This document shows, piece by piece, positions 62,917 through 64,000 of a stretch of 64,000 bases of DNA. Every line of letters starts with the position of its first letter. The first letter of the stretch is position 1. The translations under genes and the position numbers were made by a program. This DNA is from Takakia lepidozioides (lineage: Eukaryota; Plantae; Bryophyta), in the NCBI GenBank assembly GCA_030704615.1, contig CM060734.1, forward strand, positions 28,582,001 through 28,646,000, read 5' to 3'. Below the pieces are notes generated by a model. The model worked only from the letters and a program-made list of their open reading frames with translations, had not been told where the DNA came from and made no database searches.

Positions 62917-63435
62917 GACAACCAAGTTGTAGCCCATGTGGTCATGGGCAGAGGGCACATACCACCTTGGAAGTGGTTGTGGGTTCAATCCAGGGAAAGG
63001 TATCCAGTATCCACTTACCTACTCGAAGGTACCGTACTTACCTAGCTTATTAGGCAATAATTAATTCAAAATCAAGTGCCTAATTAAATTTAGAACATTT
63101 TTGGAAAATGTGCCTAAAACTTGGAAAAATTTCCTGAGAAGTGCCTAATTGCTTGAAAAAATGTTTTTATGTTTTTTGAAAGAAAATTACCTCAACAATA
63201 GGTTTTGAGGGAGGTAAAAAACAATTGTTCATTTTTATCCAGGATAACTGTAATACATGCCTAATGTTTGGAAATTACCTAGGTGAGGTGCCTAAATAAT
63301 AAAAACGAATCTGCCTAATAATATTTCATTTTTATTAATTATTAGGCGCGGAAGTGCCTAATAAGCTAGGTAAGTACGGTAGTCACCTTTGGGGTAAAGA
63401 GACACCATAATTTACGGTTTCTTGGGGAGGCTCTA
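62917..63435 (+). mobile_element. SINE family A copy interrupted by a MITE
   Basis: 5' half 62917-63031 and 3' half 63382-63435 are contiguous in the family consensus. Confidence 0.75.
63032..63379. mobile_element. Tc1/mariner(pogo)-type MITE
   Basis: Perfect 25-bp TIR CCGTACTTACCTAGCTTATTAGGCA; TA duplicated at 63030-63031 and 63380-63381; internal TGCCTAA repeats. Confidence 0.9.
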
Positions 63436-63479
63436 TAATTTATATTTTAACTTTAGTGAGAGGAGAAAATAACCTCTTT

Positions 63480-63640
63480 CAGAAAAGAAGTATGATGCCT
63501 CCCAAAAAGGAAGTGTAAATTATGGTGTCTCTGTGACCCCGAAGGACTGCTGCCTCCCAGGGACACCAATTGTTGGATTGAACCGACAACCACTTCCGAG
63601 GTGGTATGTGCCCGTCACCACTGGACTACAACTTGTTTCT
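63480..63640 (-). mobile_element. SINE family A copy with an internal deletion
   Basis: Aligns with 15752-15937 and 63738-63903. Confidence 0.75.
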
Positions 63641-63737
63641 CACCTCTCACTATAATTAAGGGGCCTGATTTGTGAGCGGTCACTCCTTTGTGTATATGTG
63701 TGTTTTTTTTCCCCCAAGGAAATATATAATAATACAT

Positions 63738-63903
63738 TTGATGCCTCCGGAAGGAAGCGTAAATTATGGTGTCTCTTCACCCCGAAGGATTACTGCCTTC
63801 CGCTAGAAAGGTGGACACCTTTGTGACACCAAGGGTGAATTGAACCCACAACCACTTTCGAGGTGGTATGTGCCCACAACCACTAGGCTACAACTTGGTT
63901 GTC
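63738..63903 (-). mobile_element. SINE family A copy
   Basis: A box TAGCCTAGTGG and B box GGGTTCAATTC; colinear with 15770-15935. Confidence 0.8.
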
Positions 63904-64000
63904 TCCCCCAAGGAAGCCTTGTTTCCTTCTCAAGAAAAAAAAAAAAGAAACAAGTCACATTCCGTGGTTTTATGAGCCAACGAGCCGTTAAAGTTTTAAA

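Overview
Eukaryotic, intron-containing plant nuclear DNA. The gene and transposon content looks most like a seed-free land plant (inference). Two host genes are well supported: the 5' part of a LIN/CERBERUS-like E3 ubiquitin ligase (minus strand, exons 4215 to ~1040, probably running off the left edge) and a complete 5-exon gene for a probably plastid-targeted USP-like protein (46445-54168). Most of the rest is layered mobile DNA: hAT, MULE and Tc1/mariner-type non-autonomous elements with readable TSDs, a non-autonomous Helitron, tRNA-derived SINEs, RTE-X-like LINE debris, and a nest of three same-family chromovirus (Galadriel-like Ty3/gypsy) insertions next to an older Tcn1-like element. The most unusual objects are four. 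(1) A 7.8-kb TSD-flanked element (17018-24809) with no recognisable transposase, two ~50-bp-period arrays of GCGACCGCC/GGCGGTCGC palindromes, a decayed coiled-coil/RING-H2 gene, 120-bp tandem repeats and a 300-bp hairpin. (2) Repeated intron-containing OSB-type PDF ssDNA-binding modules, one directly joined to PLS-class PPR repeats. (3) A ~630-bp homogenised integrase tract shared by two antiparallel nested LTR elements. (4) A densely structured 3' UTR in those elements. All family assignments come from motif recognition by eye; no database searches were run, and difference counts are manual estimates.
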